Source of the DNA: Pseudogymnoascus verrucosus
Taxonomy: Eukaryota
DNA length: 64,000 bases
Direction: 5' to 3' (one strand)
Assembly: GCA_001662655.1 (NCBI GenBank)
Contig: KV460228.1
This document shows, in pieces, positions 23,594 through 35,511 of the stretch. Made by a program: the position numbers and the translations under genes. The notes beneath the pieces are model-generated. The model was not told the origin of the DNA. It saw nothing but the letters and a program-made list of their open reading frames with translations, and searched no databases. The stretch's first letter is position 1; the number at the start of each line of letters is the position of its first letter.

Positions 23594-25572
23594 ATGAGCA
23601 CAACCGTGACGAGGTCTAACTCCTCCACCATGACGGTGCAGTTGCCGACCGCGTCACAATCGCTCCTCCAACCCCTCATGCACTCTCTCAAACTCTCCGA
23701 CCCCCCCAAAATCACCGCCGAACATGTTGAGAATATCGAGGATAGCAGCAATGTTGCGGGCTCCAATGACCCTCCAAAAGACACCGAGACCGACGAGGAG
23801 TGGTTCGTCGGCAGCATAGACCAGGGCACCACATCCTCTCGTTTCCTCATTTTCAACAGCCACGGAGAGCCAGTGGCGAGTCACCAGATTGAGTTTGAGA
23901 ACAAGTATCCTCGTTCAGGGTAAGTTTCCGATTTCCCCCTCTCTTGCTGTTCTGTCGTCATCGACTAACGCCCCAATCCAGGTGGCACGAGCATGATCCC
24001 CTCGAGCTGGTCTCCTCGGTGCACGACTGCATTGAGGAGGCGACGGAGGACTTCATAGACCTGGGCTACAAGGCCAACCAGATCCGGGCGATCGGTATCA
24101 CGAACCAGCGCGAGACGACGGTATGCTGGGACAAGGAGACGGGCCTGCCGCTGTACAACGCCATTGTGTGGCCTGATACCCGAACCAAGAGCATCGTGCG
24201 CGAGCTGAAGGGGCGCAAGGGGGCGGACAAGCTCCGTGACCTGTGCGGGATGCCGCTGTCGACCTACCCGTCGAGCGTGAAGCTGATGTGGATGTACCGC
24301 AACATACCCGAGATCCGCAAGGCCTACGACGAGTCGCGGCTTGCCTTTGGAACCGTAGACACATGGCTCATCTACCGCCTTAACGGCGCGACCCAGAAAA
24401 ACATCCACGTCACCGACAGTAGCAACGCATCGCGCACCATGTTCATGAACATCCACACCCTGCAGTACGACGACGAGCTACTAGACTTCTTCCAGATCGA
24501 CCAGAAGAACGTCAGCCTCCCCAAAATCGTTCCCTCCTCCGACCCCGAGGCCTTTGGCGCGCTCGTCGGCGGCGTGCTCAAGGGCACCCGCATCACAGGC
24601 TGTGTAGGCGATCAATCCGCCGCCCTAGTCGGCCAGTGCGCCTTCAACGAGGGCGAGGCCAAGAACACCTACGGAACCGGCTGCTTCCTCCTCTACAACG
24701 TCGGCTCCAAGCCTGTCATCTCCCAACACGGCCTCGTCGCCACCGTCGGCTACCACATCGGCGAACACGCCACCTACGCGCTCGAGGGCTCCGTAGCCGT
24801 CGGCGGCTCCGGCGTCAAGTTCCTCGAGAACAACCTCGGCTTCATCAGCAAGTCGTCCGAGGTCGAGAAGCTCGCCCTCTCCGTCCCCGACAACGGCGGC
24901 GTCGTCTTCGTCACCGCCTTCTCCGGCCTCTTCGCCCCCTACTGGATCGACGACGCCAAGGGAACCCTCTTCGGCATCACGGCGCACACGCAGCGGGGCC
25001 ACATCGCCCGCGCCACCCTCGAGGCGACGTGCTACCAGACTGCTGCTATCTTGGCGGCTATGCACGCTGATTCGGGCAAGGAGCTGAAGAACCTCGCTGT
25101 CGACGGCGGCATGTCCGAGTCGGATCTGTGCATGCAGACGCAGGCGGACGTGAGCGGGATCCCGGTCGAGCGGCCGGCGATGCGCGAGACTACGGCCTTG
25201 GGGGCGGCGATCGCGGCTGGGTTGGCGGTTGGTGCGTGGAACTCCCTCGAGGAGCTGAGGGGGTGGAGGGGACGCGGGAAGAGGACTTTCACGCCGAAGA
25301 TTGAGGCGGCGCAGAGGAAGAAGGGGGTTAAGAGGTGGGAGAAGGCGGTGCAGATGTCGAAGGGGTGGGTGGAGGAGGAGGAGGCTGAGGCTGAGGGGAG
25401 CGATGTGGAGGAGGAGGAGGCGGATAAGGCTGAGGAGGTGCAGGGGAAGAAGGAGCAGGAGGCTGCTGCGAGGGAGGCGGTGAAGGAGGCGGCTTCTGAG
25501 GAAGATGCGGATGCCGAGAGGAAAACGGCTGAGCGCGCGGATGAGGGCGGTGGTGAGAAGACCACCGCTTAA
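23594..25572 (+). CDS. GUT1: Glycerol kinase
   Basis: GSIDQGTTSSR, GITNQRETT, GDQSAAL, KNTYGTGCF, AFSGLFAPYW, ETTALGAA; intron 23920-23981; start codon inferred. Confidence 0.95.
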
Positions 25573-26375
25573 ACGGGGGGGGGTGACTACGGACGACGAC
25601 TACATTTTACAAGAATATCATCGGAGATTTATACAACGGCATATACATCGCATATTATTATAGATGGCATGGACGGGGGTATATATATGATCACCACACG
25701 CCCACCGAGCGCGGGGCGGGGCGGGGTTGGTTTTCAAGAGGATTGGGAAACGAAAGCGAGCGTTTTTGTTGAATAATCTTTATTTATTTTTGGCGGAGCG
25801 GGCGGTTGGGGGGGTTGGGGAGCGAAGGAAGGGGTTAAGGGATCTGATGGGCGATGGCGTTTATCATTCGCTTGCGGTTTTACGGTTTTAATTATGATTA
25901 TAATTTTTTGGGGGGGGATTTATGATGAGTTTAGGGGAGGGGGGGTTAATATGAAAGTTTATTAATAATCATCTTGATCTCTTCTATTTATGTGCAGCGC
26001 TTGTTATTTGTGACTTTGAAATGGTGGTTGTATTTCGAATTTCTTGTATTTGTATTTAAAGTGTTTTCGTCCAAGAGACTGACTGGGTCGATTTGACGCT
26101 CTCATATCCTCGGCCGATAGATAGGTTTCGGATGGCCACAACACAGGCCGCCTGACTCTCGTTCTTCGGCGGTTTATCTGGAATTTTATTCACTTCTTCT
26201 ATGCGAGACGACTGTGTTTATATCGCTCCTTAGCCGGGTTCGTCTGAGCTTCTTCCTATATCTTGGGTTGGGTTTCGGTGGGTTTGGGTTGATGGTTGTG
26301 TACGCTTTTTTCGAGGCTGGGGATTCATGCTATTGGAAGCTTTAGTGTTTTTTTTGTTTTTGTTTTCCTGCCGTT

Positions 26376-26816
26376 TTAAGGGATGTAAGAAGAGTGTAAT
26401 GATGCTGCCAGGAGCTTCATGTCGTATTGGAGCACCCGTTTCGAGTGGATGTGTGTGACTGCCTCGGCAGCCTCGAGGCACCATGATAGTCCATGCTGGG
26501 GAGAGGGGGAGTGGAGTGCCTGGTTCGAGGGGGGAGGAACATAAGTTGTCGTCCCGTTTGCGGCGCGCGAGAGGTAGAGAGGATGGTGGCTGGGGAGGGG
26601 TTTTAATTGTGTTATCCGAGGATGGGGGTTGAGGATTTAGAGAAGCTTTTTCTTGATTGAGAGACGGTGCGTGGCTTCGCTGGGGGAGAGGGGGTATTTG
26701 AGAACGGTGGAGTTATCGACTTCTCCGATGAAGGCACTGGTTCCTGTGGCGATGACGCGGTTTACACCTGGTGGGCAGTAGTGGCGGTATATTGTCACCT
26801 CTGCATCAACTGACAT
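26376..26816 (-). pseudogene. Protein kinase pseudogene (N-lobe to catalytic loop only)
   Basis: MSVDAEVTIYRHYCPPGVNRVIATGTSAFIGEVDNSTVLKYP...KLL*ILNPHPRI...LYLSRAANGT...SWCLEAAEAVTHIHSKRVLQYDM; in-frame TAA at 26639-26637; ends before DFG. Confidence 0.75.
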
Positions 26817-27403
26817 AGTTGAAGGTAGCGGGTTTTTAATTATGGATGTGTCGAGATGGGGAGATGTTGCTGCTATGGGGAAGTCGGCAAGTGAGGCCTG
26901 TTATATTGCAATAGAGATCTTAGGGAACTATATCAAACGGTGCGATTTCAAAGGGACGAAATACGGCGACCTTATAGGGTTACACAGGTACATCATGTCA
27001 AACCTAAATCAGTGGATTTAAATCCCAGCTTCCAGAATGCTGAAAGGTGCGCCTTGCTTCCCGTCTGATGGTGGTGTATTATTTCTAAAACTAGGTTCAT
27101 ATTAAGTGTTGATTTTAACAAGGATGGCATCAATTGCTTCTTACCCCGCTAAGCTCCGACCAAGAGCGATCCCAAGTTCTTTCGTCGGGTCTAAATACAT
27201 CAGTTGATCCTTGCACCTTTCGTTCTCGAAAGTGAATTTCTGCCTGAAGACAAAACTCTAGCACGTGCCTCCAGCTCGCTGACACCGCATACTCAGCCAC
27301 ACGATGGCACATATTCTAGCCTTGAATTATATCCTCTCAATGCTTCTCCTACATGCCATGCCACGCTTAACGTAATCGGGTTCATCCTTCTTCACAAGAC
27401 GTT

Positions 27404-29692
27404 ATGGACCCACTAAGCATCACCGCCAGCATTATCGCCATCCTAGACCTCACAACCAAAGCAATCCAATATCTCGGCGACGTTAAGGATGCCCCCAAAG
27501 CCCGTGCGAGCCTCGCAATCGAAGCCTCGAACCTGTACTCGCTCCTCATGAACCTACGATACCGGCTTGAAGAGGGACGATCTAATGAGGCGTGGTACAC
27601 GGCGGTGAGGTCGCTCGGGGTGCAAGGTGGGCCGCTTGATCAGTATAAGGATATGTTGGAACGGATTCAGCATAAGCTTGGCGGTGGGGGGAGTTGGATT
27701 AAGGAGGTGGGACAGTCGCTGGTGTGGAAGTTTAGTAAGGAGGAGGTTAGGGGGTTGTTTGTGAGTATGGAGGGCTTGAAAGGATTGATTGCGGTTGCGC
27801 TGGAGATGGATCACTTGTAAGCTGCTGTCATAGATATGAGGGATAGATGTATGCGGTTGCTCACCTTTCTTAGCAAATTGTCGCAGGCGATCAAAAGCGC
27901 GGTGGATTGTCAGGGAAGGGAGTTGTCGCTTCAGATCGATGGTCTCGCTCAGGATTTTCGGGACGAGAAGTTTATGCGTGAGCAGGAGAGTATTGGTGAG
28001 GTTTTCGGCCTTCGCTGAGATCGCTTTCGACTAATTCGGTTCGCAGATGGCCTTCATCACGAACTCTGCGGTTGGCTCAGTCCTTGTAATCCGGAGATGT
28101 TACATTTGAAAGCCTGTGGACACCACCATAGTGGTACGAGTGGGTGGTTCCTCGAAGGCTCGCTCAAATGGCTGGTTCAAAATAAGTCAGATTCGTCTGC
28201 GATACTGCTGCTAAAGGGAACCTGTGAGTTCCCCATCCGTGTCCTTAGTAGGCCTAAAAAAATTCTAACTCTCGTAATTATACAGCCGGAACTGGCAAGA
28301 GTACTCTCATGTAAGCCGGCCTGCTAAACTTCCAAATATTGTTCTCACTCTACTAGGTCACAGGCTATTAAACAAGCCAAATCCGACGTGGGACAGGACC
28401 CGGTCCTCTACTTCTACTGCTCTTTCGACGACCAGGCTACTCAGGATCCAGTTAACATTCTCGCTTCTTTCATTGTCCAGCTTTCGCACCAGGTACCTGA
28501 GCTACTCGACGACTTTATGCCAGAATATCTCAAGGCGAAACAACACTCTACACCTGCGCAATTATCAATAGAGCAACTCGAAAAGATTTTCATGGCGCAT
28601 ACGCGAAGTCTACCTCACGTGTTTTTGTTTCTTGATGCCGTCAATGAATGTCAGGATGCCTCCGCCATTTCTGATCTCCTCGTTCGACTAGCACTTCGCT
28701 GTAGCAATCTCAGGATGCTCATTACAAGTACTCGGGAGTTAAACAATCCCGAACCGAGTGGTACGCTTCAAACTCTAGTAGTGCAAATGGACTCAAGTAG
28801 CGTGACTAAAGATATATCCATCTTTGTCGATGACATGCTTGCACTAGATCAAGGATTAAGAAACGTTACTATGGAACTGAAAGCTGATATTAGATCAACG
28901 GTGATAAGTAACTCAGACGGCATGTAAGTTTTCTAACAATATACCATTTAAACATCCGGTCCATCTGCTTATATCCCTAATAGGTTCAGGTACGCTAGGT
29001 GGCTTATGAACCATCTCGCCGAGCAAAGGACCGGAAGAGCCATAAGGAAGGCTCTTACTGAAATGCCTACCAGTTTGAACGAAATGTACGCCATGCTTCT
29101 AAACAGAATACCCAAATCATCTCCCGATCGCGAACTCCTCCGCCGCTGCCTCGTATGGCTTTCTTTCTCAACCAGGCCTCTGAGGCTAGCAGAGCTGGCT
29201 GAGGCAGTTATTCTGGAGGACACTAGCGAGAATGTCGATAGCGACGACAGACTGCATTCGCCGGAGATCCTTCTTGATATATCGCAGGGGCTGTTTGAGG
29301 TTGATGGTAACAGTGGACGAGTTGCTCTTGCGCATTCATCTGTGAAAACATTCCTGCTCTCTAAGTGGATACAAAATACCTCGGTTGCGGATTTTTCGAT
29401 GGATGACGCGAAGGGGCATGGTGAAATTATTCGTTTGTGTCTGACCTACCTGACACTTTCTGGATTTATTAGTGGATGGGGAGAAACAATGGAGGTTACG
29501 GAAACTAGATTCAAAGAATATCCTCTCCTCGAATACGCCGTTGAAAACTGGCTAGGCCATTCAAAAATCGCCAATTACGAGTTCCAGATGTGGTCCAAGG
29601 TGACCGAAAACACTAGTTCCCACCACCTAAATTTAGGTATGCGGACCCTCGAATGGTGGGCAGGCTATCACTGGGGGCGTTCAAATTTTTAG
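27404..29692 (+). CDS. Fungal NLR-like protein: HeLo-like/SesA-type N-terminal helical domain + NACHT + winged helix, no C-terminal repeats
   Basis: MDPLSITASIIAIL..WKFSKEEV; Walker A GTSGTGKS and Walker B LFLDAVNEC; RPLRLAELAEAV, LAHSSVKTFL; introns 27817-27873, 27996-28046, 28224-28285, 28311-28356, 28924-28983. Confidence 0.85.
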
Positions 29693-30542
29693 GGAACCAG
29701 AGTCGATCTTAGAAATATGGACTTCGGACGCGGAAATCAGGTCGCGCATGGATCCGGCGTAGATTAGGCCAATGGGTTTGACGGGCATCGCGTGGCTTAC
29801 TTCGAAGTAGTCGAGCGCCGCAGTGACCGTGGCCGGATCTACGAACTTGCTGTGTCACATCCTAGAGGCCATTGTAAGAAGCATTGTGGTCTTCAGAATT
29901 TAGAAGAGTGGGCTGTTAACAGCTTGAAGGTTAACCCACCCCTACGGCAATTTGTGCTGCTGCAGTTTAAACCTAAGTAATTTACAATAATTTAGTAGGG
30001 TTGTTTAAATAGTGCAAGGTGTAAGGCTAAGGAGGAGAAACTGTTAGGACTAAGCTCTTGTTAATAGAGTCTCATAGTGGCAGCAGTGCAGGATAATTAT
30101 ATGAATTGATTCTATGAAGGCTCTAAGGTGTGTTTATGATATATCTAGTTGTGCCAAACCCAAAACAAAACCGAGAAGAGCGATGGAACGACGGTTCAAC
30201 TCCGTCATGAAGCTCCTAGTGGCATCATAACTCTCCTCCCTTTCTCACGGAAGGAAACCAAAAACAACAAAAATGCTTCTTATATCTAGTTAAGCGTACC
30301 TAAAGAGGCTAGCGCCATGTAGAGAAGTGAACTTAAAGTAAGAACTCTATAACATTTAACAGAAACGGCCTAAAACTCCGATTGTTATTAAGGACTCTAA
30401 AAAGGCTAGGTCGAGGAATAAGTCCTAATTTAAGTCTAGAAAACGACTTCTTACTAGCTCTTAGTGCTATGAAAAATCCACGCCTCATTTTTAAAAGTCT
30501 CACATCCAACCGGCATTCCTAACTTACAACCCACCCGTCTCT

Positions 30543-31393
30543 TTAAAATGCCTGAATCCTGTCCTTTACAACATACTTCCCCGTATCTGCATCCCTCTCT
30601 CCCTCCACCACGCTCCTCACCATTCGTCCCCCAATGCTCGGATGGCCTGCCCCCTGTACGGCGACCATCTCCCTCGCATCGCCAAGATCCGTCGCCAAAA
30701 ACCCAGGCCCGACGCACCAGACCTTGACGCCATCCTTCTGTAGCTTGTAGTGATAATCTAGCATCAACATATTAAGTGCGGTCTTGGTGCAACGGTATCC
30801 GACGGTCTCGAAGTCCATCTTCTTCGGCCAGCCGCGCTCTAGAGGCGGCAAGGGAAAGTTCCCCTGTGCGCACTGATCGAAGGTCCCGAGGCCGGTGATG
30901 AAGATGAGCCGCGGGTCAGTGGACAGCAAAAGTAACGGCATGAACGTAAACGTCATCACATGCGTCCCTGCCACGTTGACGTCGTAGGAGCCAGTTAAGC
31001 TCTCGCGTAGCGAGACCTTACCGCGGATGTGATCGAGGTCCTTTGTGATACCTAATGGAGGTTAGAAAGATGTGCAATTAATTCAGAGAGGGTTTGGTAT
31101 TGCGCACCAGCGTTGTTAATGAGGGTGTCGATGCGCCCGACGCTGGCCTTGACGGTCTCGAAGGCTTTCGCAATGGATGAGTCGCTGCTGATGTCGACTT
31201 CGATGACCTCAACAGTGTTTGAGGAGTCAGCGCACTCCTTTCGGAGCGTCGCGGCGGCTTCTTGGCCCCTTTCTAGAGAACGACTGCCCATAAAAACGTG
31301 GTAGGGCTTGTCGGATGCTAGTAGGGCCTTTACGGTCTCGTATCCGATGCCCTTGTTGGCACCGGTAACAAGAGCTATATTCTTAGACGACAT
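30543..31393 (-). CDS. Short-chain dehydrogenase/reductase (carbonyl reductase-like)
   Basis: LVTGANKGIG, LINNAG, YRCTK, PGFLATDL; intron 31107-31052. Confidence 0.92.
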
Positions 31394-31591
31394 CGCGTTG
31401 ACAATTCCGTTCCTAGATCTTGTTTATTTTTAGGTCTCTGAATTCTACAACTCAAAGCTTTAGTCAAATGCATTTATTTATATTGTATACATTACGATCC
31501 CTGTCATGGAAATCGTCATGTATACTTATACTTGGTGTTAGGACTTATAACAAAATCAGTTAACTCCGTTAACGCCATTACTCCCAGTCAT

Positions 31592-31730
31592 CAATATGTG
31601 GCTTATCCCCGTTGACTTTGCCTCACAGAATACGGAGTTTAATAAATCGAGCGCTTATCGAGGAGAACTGCTCGATTTATTAAACTCCGTATTCTCCGAC
31701 GCAAAGTTAATGGGTATAAGCCACATATTG
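31592..31730. repeat. Long inverted repeat / hairpin (~60-bp arms, 17-nt loop)
   Basis: Perfect 26-bp core AGAATACGGAGTTTAATAAATCGAGC (31627-31652) / GCTCGATTTATTAAACTCCGTATTCT (31670-31695); outer arms CAATATGTGGCTTAT / ATAAGCCACATATTG. Confidence 0.92.
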
Positions 31731-32004
31731 GTCGAGCCCCGACAGCGGCTTCCTATCTAACGGACGGATCCTAGAGCATAAGACTTACTAACAACAATTT
31801 TCTCCACATCGCATTCTTCTGTAGGTTATCAGCGGGTCTAAATGCGGTCTATTAGCGAATTGTGGAGAGCTGAAAGTGTAGTATAGTAAGTCAACACTTG
31901 GATAGACCTCTAATTCGTTCGCGACAGTTTGATCGAGACTTATAGGGTATCAAAATGAAAGCAAAGCTTAAAAGTTTCATGTTGAAGACATATGTTAAAG
32001 GCTA

Positions 32005-34862
32005 CTAAGAGAAGCAGGAACTGCACGCTAGAAAAGCAAGATCATCTGACAGAGAAACGGCATCCGGCCGGACTTGCGATATCATGCGCTTCGTGAGTTT
32101 CACCACTTCGCCGCATTCCGTCTCCTTGTCGCCAAATGACAGCTGCTGCAGCCACTCAACAGCCTTAACCTCGTTTAGCCCGCGATAGCTGTATCCAGGC
32201 TCCTCAGGCGACTTCTGAAAAATATCCCACACCTTCTTGCCAGCGATGACGGTTAACATCTCAACATAGACGCAGCCAAGCGAGAAGACATCCGTCGTTA
32301 ACGTGCGGTCGCCCCCGTCGGCGACCTCTGGTGCGCTATAGGGAGCAGTATGGCCGGTTGGTCCCCTTGTCACGTCGCCTGGACTCTGGAAGACGTGTGC
32401 CAAGTCAAAATCGGTGTATAGGATATTATTGCCATGCACGAGCAGGTTAGAAGGCTTAATATCCTTGTGTTTAACCTGATTGCCATGGATGTACGCAAGC
32501 CCATGTGCTAGACAGCCTAGCCACTGAACTAGACTTGCTGGGTCGGCAACGGCACCGCCCTCGTTGTTCATGTACTTCTTTAGATCCCACTCGGCGACGG
32601 GCTTCATTAGAATGAAGGAGTTCGGACTTCTTGAATAGGACCCTAGAATCTCGACGATATGAGCATGCTTGAGTTGCTCCATGATTAGCACTACGTCTGC
32701 AAACTGCTGCCGCCGCGCTGCGGGGATGCGCATCGTCTTGCGCGCACAAATGGAACCGCTTGCGAGGCTCTCTACCATGTCTACATAGCCCATGTTGCCA
32801 GACCCGAGCTCCCTACGGAACTCATACGGGTCCGACTCACTGCCATTCAGAACAATATGCCGCGGTAGGTCTAATATGTCGCCATCCAGGCCCACCTCGT
32901 CCGTGTTTAGTTCTTGCATCCTAGCCCGTAGGAGATCAGCGATCTTGGTGTGCCTGACAAACTTAGCAGCCTGTAGGGCCGTGCCGTGCAGTCCGCAGCG
33001 GATGAGCGGGTCGGCGCGGTATTCTAGCAAGAGCTCGACAATTGGCAGGTGGCCGTGGTAGGCTGCCGCTTGGAGGGCCGTGCCATGAGTACCGCCGGTG
33101 TCATCGATGTCGCTCTTTCCGATTTCGAGGAGTTTGCGGGCCAAGGACGTTAGGCCTAAACAAGAGATGTAGTACAATGGCGTCGAAACGCTAGGAGGTC
33201 TGTTCGAGACATTTATCTTAGAAATCCAGGGCCGATCAGGGTCAAAGAGCCTAACCCAATTCTGTATGTATAGGCCTCCGGGGCCGTGGAAGAATTCGGT
33301 GACTACAGGGAGCAGGCGGTCTAGGTTCTCATGCGAAATGCTGGCCTGTTCCACGTGGTAGTACCAGAAGCGCGCGGCATAGTCGGCAAGCGGGAACCGC
33401 AGGCGGTAATCTGATGAGCTGAGAGCATCAGCGCTATCTAAGAGGCATAAATACCGCAGACACGCGTGGGCGATTTCAAAATGAGGGTTCCAGTGTGACA
33501 GCTCGACATCCATATAGGTGCGGATTGTGAAGTGGGCGAGAGACACGCCTTGGTAGCTCTCGTCGGCAGTTTGAATTGTGGTCGTATGTAATAGTTCTGG
33601 GCATATATTCAGGACATCTTCACCCTGGAACAGCTGCTTCTTGGCTGACACGATTGGGTCGACTGCTACGTTAATTGCGACTACTTCTGATACTTCGTCG
33701 ATCCGTAGTGGGCGGCGCGTGTACCCTACCCATACTAGGACCTTCTCTGTATCCGCTGATCTCTGGAGAGACCCGTCTACATATGTCTTATACAAATCTG
33801 CCAGACCTTGTGGCAAAGTGTATAGAGCACTTTCGACCTGTTGTAGTTTATGGAACCGCTTAAGCTCTGCGAATACGAGGGTAGCCCATACGAACCTATA
33901 TATTCATTAGTTAGAACGCCCCCGTGTAGTCCTACAGTTATTGTAGTGACCTGTTAACTCGCACTTACGATCCGTGGGCCCTATCACCTACCATTCTTAT
34001 CACATGCTCCTTAGTAGTATCTGGCCAGTCTAATTGTTCTGATACCCTTGCTGTAATTAGACTAAGGATATCCTGATGATTTCCATCGGCGGTGATAACG
34101 CAATGCAGATGATGCTTTCTCTTTAAGTTATAGATAGACGGGAGCGGCTGGGCGGATAAAAAGAGGTGCAGTCCGTCTAGCTTCCAGTCGAGCATACTCT
34201 CCAAGGTGGCGATGAGGCGGCGGATATCGGAACACTCGTCAACCGCGTCGATGACGATAAATACCTTAGAGAACTTCCTCACAGCAACGGCGAAGGCGCG
34301 AAAGAGCAGCTCAAACTGCGGTTGCTCGCCGTTGGCCACATCCCCGAGGACCCTCAGCTCGGTAGGTACTACACCCAGCTGGTGGCAGAGCTGGAAGAGC
34401 ATGGACGAGAACAAACTCTCATCTGTAGCCCGCCGTAGGTCATTCATCTTAAAATAGTAGTACAGGACAGCCGTCGCCGACTCGCTAGACCTATGCTCAT
34501 CTCGCAGTGCATCGATGACCGTAGAACTAGTTACTTCTTAGTGATAACTCTTCATAATTAAGATTGGTTAGTTAGTAGGACTTACCATAAGACTGTCTTC
34601 CCGGTGCCAGCTGTATTAACAGAGGTCGAGTTAAATCAAGACTAAAATAACAACCCTAACAACACACCTCAAAGGGCCGAAACTTACGTGATCCTGCTAG
34701 CAAGAAAGCCGTATTCTTCCCTGTCGACCACGCTTGGTACTCCGGGTGCTCGAACAGCCAGCAACTAGCACTTTCGACGATGTTAACAGAAGCAGACACA
34801 TGTGCCTCTTCCTGGAGCTGGTGATTTAGCTCTAGGAATTTAGGCAAATGAGATATATCCAT
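32005..34862 (-). CDS. NLR-like protein: NACHT + winged helix + ankyrin repeats + C-terminal Ser/Thr protein kinase; no recognisable N-terminal effector
   Basis: Walker A GSPGTGKT split by introns (34687-34611, 34585-34527); Walker B IVIDAVDEC; intron 33968-33896; RPLRIDEV, GTALQAAAYHGH; kinase LGSGNMGYV, ARK, HKDIKPSN, DFD, APE, DVFSLG; start codon uncertain. Confidence 0.88.
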
Positions 34863-35163
34863 TGTCCTCAAGCAACCTAAGTTGTTTTGTAGCAGTGAAG
34901 ATCCGCAGTGATCGGCTTACTCTCGGTACCTCGTAAACTAGACACACAAGCCGTTTGAGAGCACGCACGACTACCTAAAACTCGGCTTCGCACAACCAAC
35001 TGCGATGAAGAATAGCTAAGCACGGTTTTCAGGATCGTTCTACTATGTCGTGAAGCTTCTAGAGCATTGAACTTAACAGTTCGTGCCTCCACTATACTCG
35101 CCTAAGTTATGCATGCTGCTCCTGCGAGGCTGGCGGCTATGCTCTCCGCTGATTCGCTACAAT

Positions 35164-35275
35164 TAGCGTGCGTCACGGGGGACCGACGGTTCCAAACCGC
35201 CGTCTGAAGGTTTTCCAACCCGGACCGGACCGCCCCATGGCCCGGTCTAGGGTCGGTCCCCCGTGGCGCAGGCTA
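35164..35275. mobile_element. 112-bp non-autonomous element (hAT-like MITE) with 24-bp TIRs and 8-bp TSD
   Basis: TAGCGTGCGTCACGGGGGACCGAC...GTCGGTCCCCCGTGGCGCAGGCTA (2 mismatches), flanked by GCTACAAT at 35156-35163 and 35276-35283. Confidence 0.8.
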
Positions 35276-35511
35276 GCTACAATTGCTCTAACAAACAAAC
35301 ATGCTGCATTTTGCACAGAGAGGCACACCGAGACAACGTCTGCTGGCATTGCATCCTCTTTTTACTCGGTCAAATCTTATCTTCCACTGTAAAGACCATC
35401 GCCTACCAACTTATCTTGCTACATGTAATATACAAGTATCGCACGCTTGCTCGAAACCCCGTTGCCTCTTCCTTAACGCTTTTACAAGGCTGCGGTCTGT
35501 GATATGCGATA

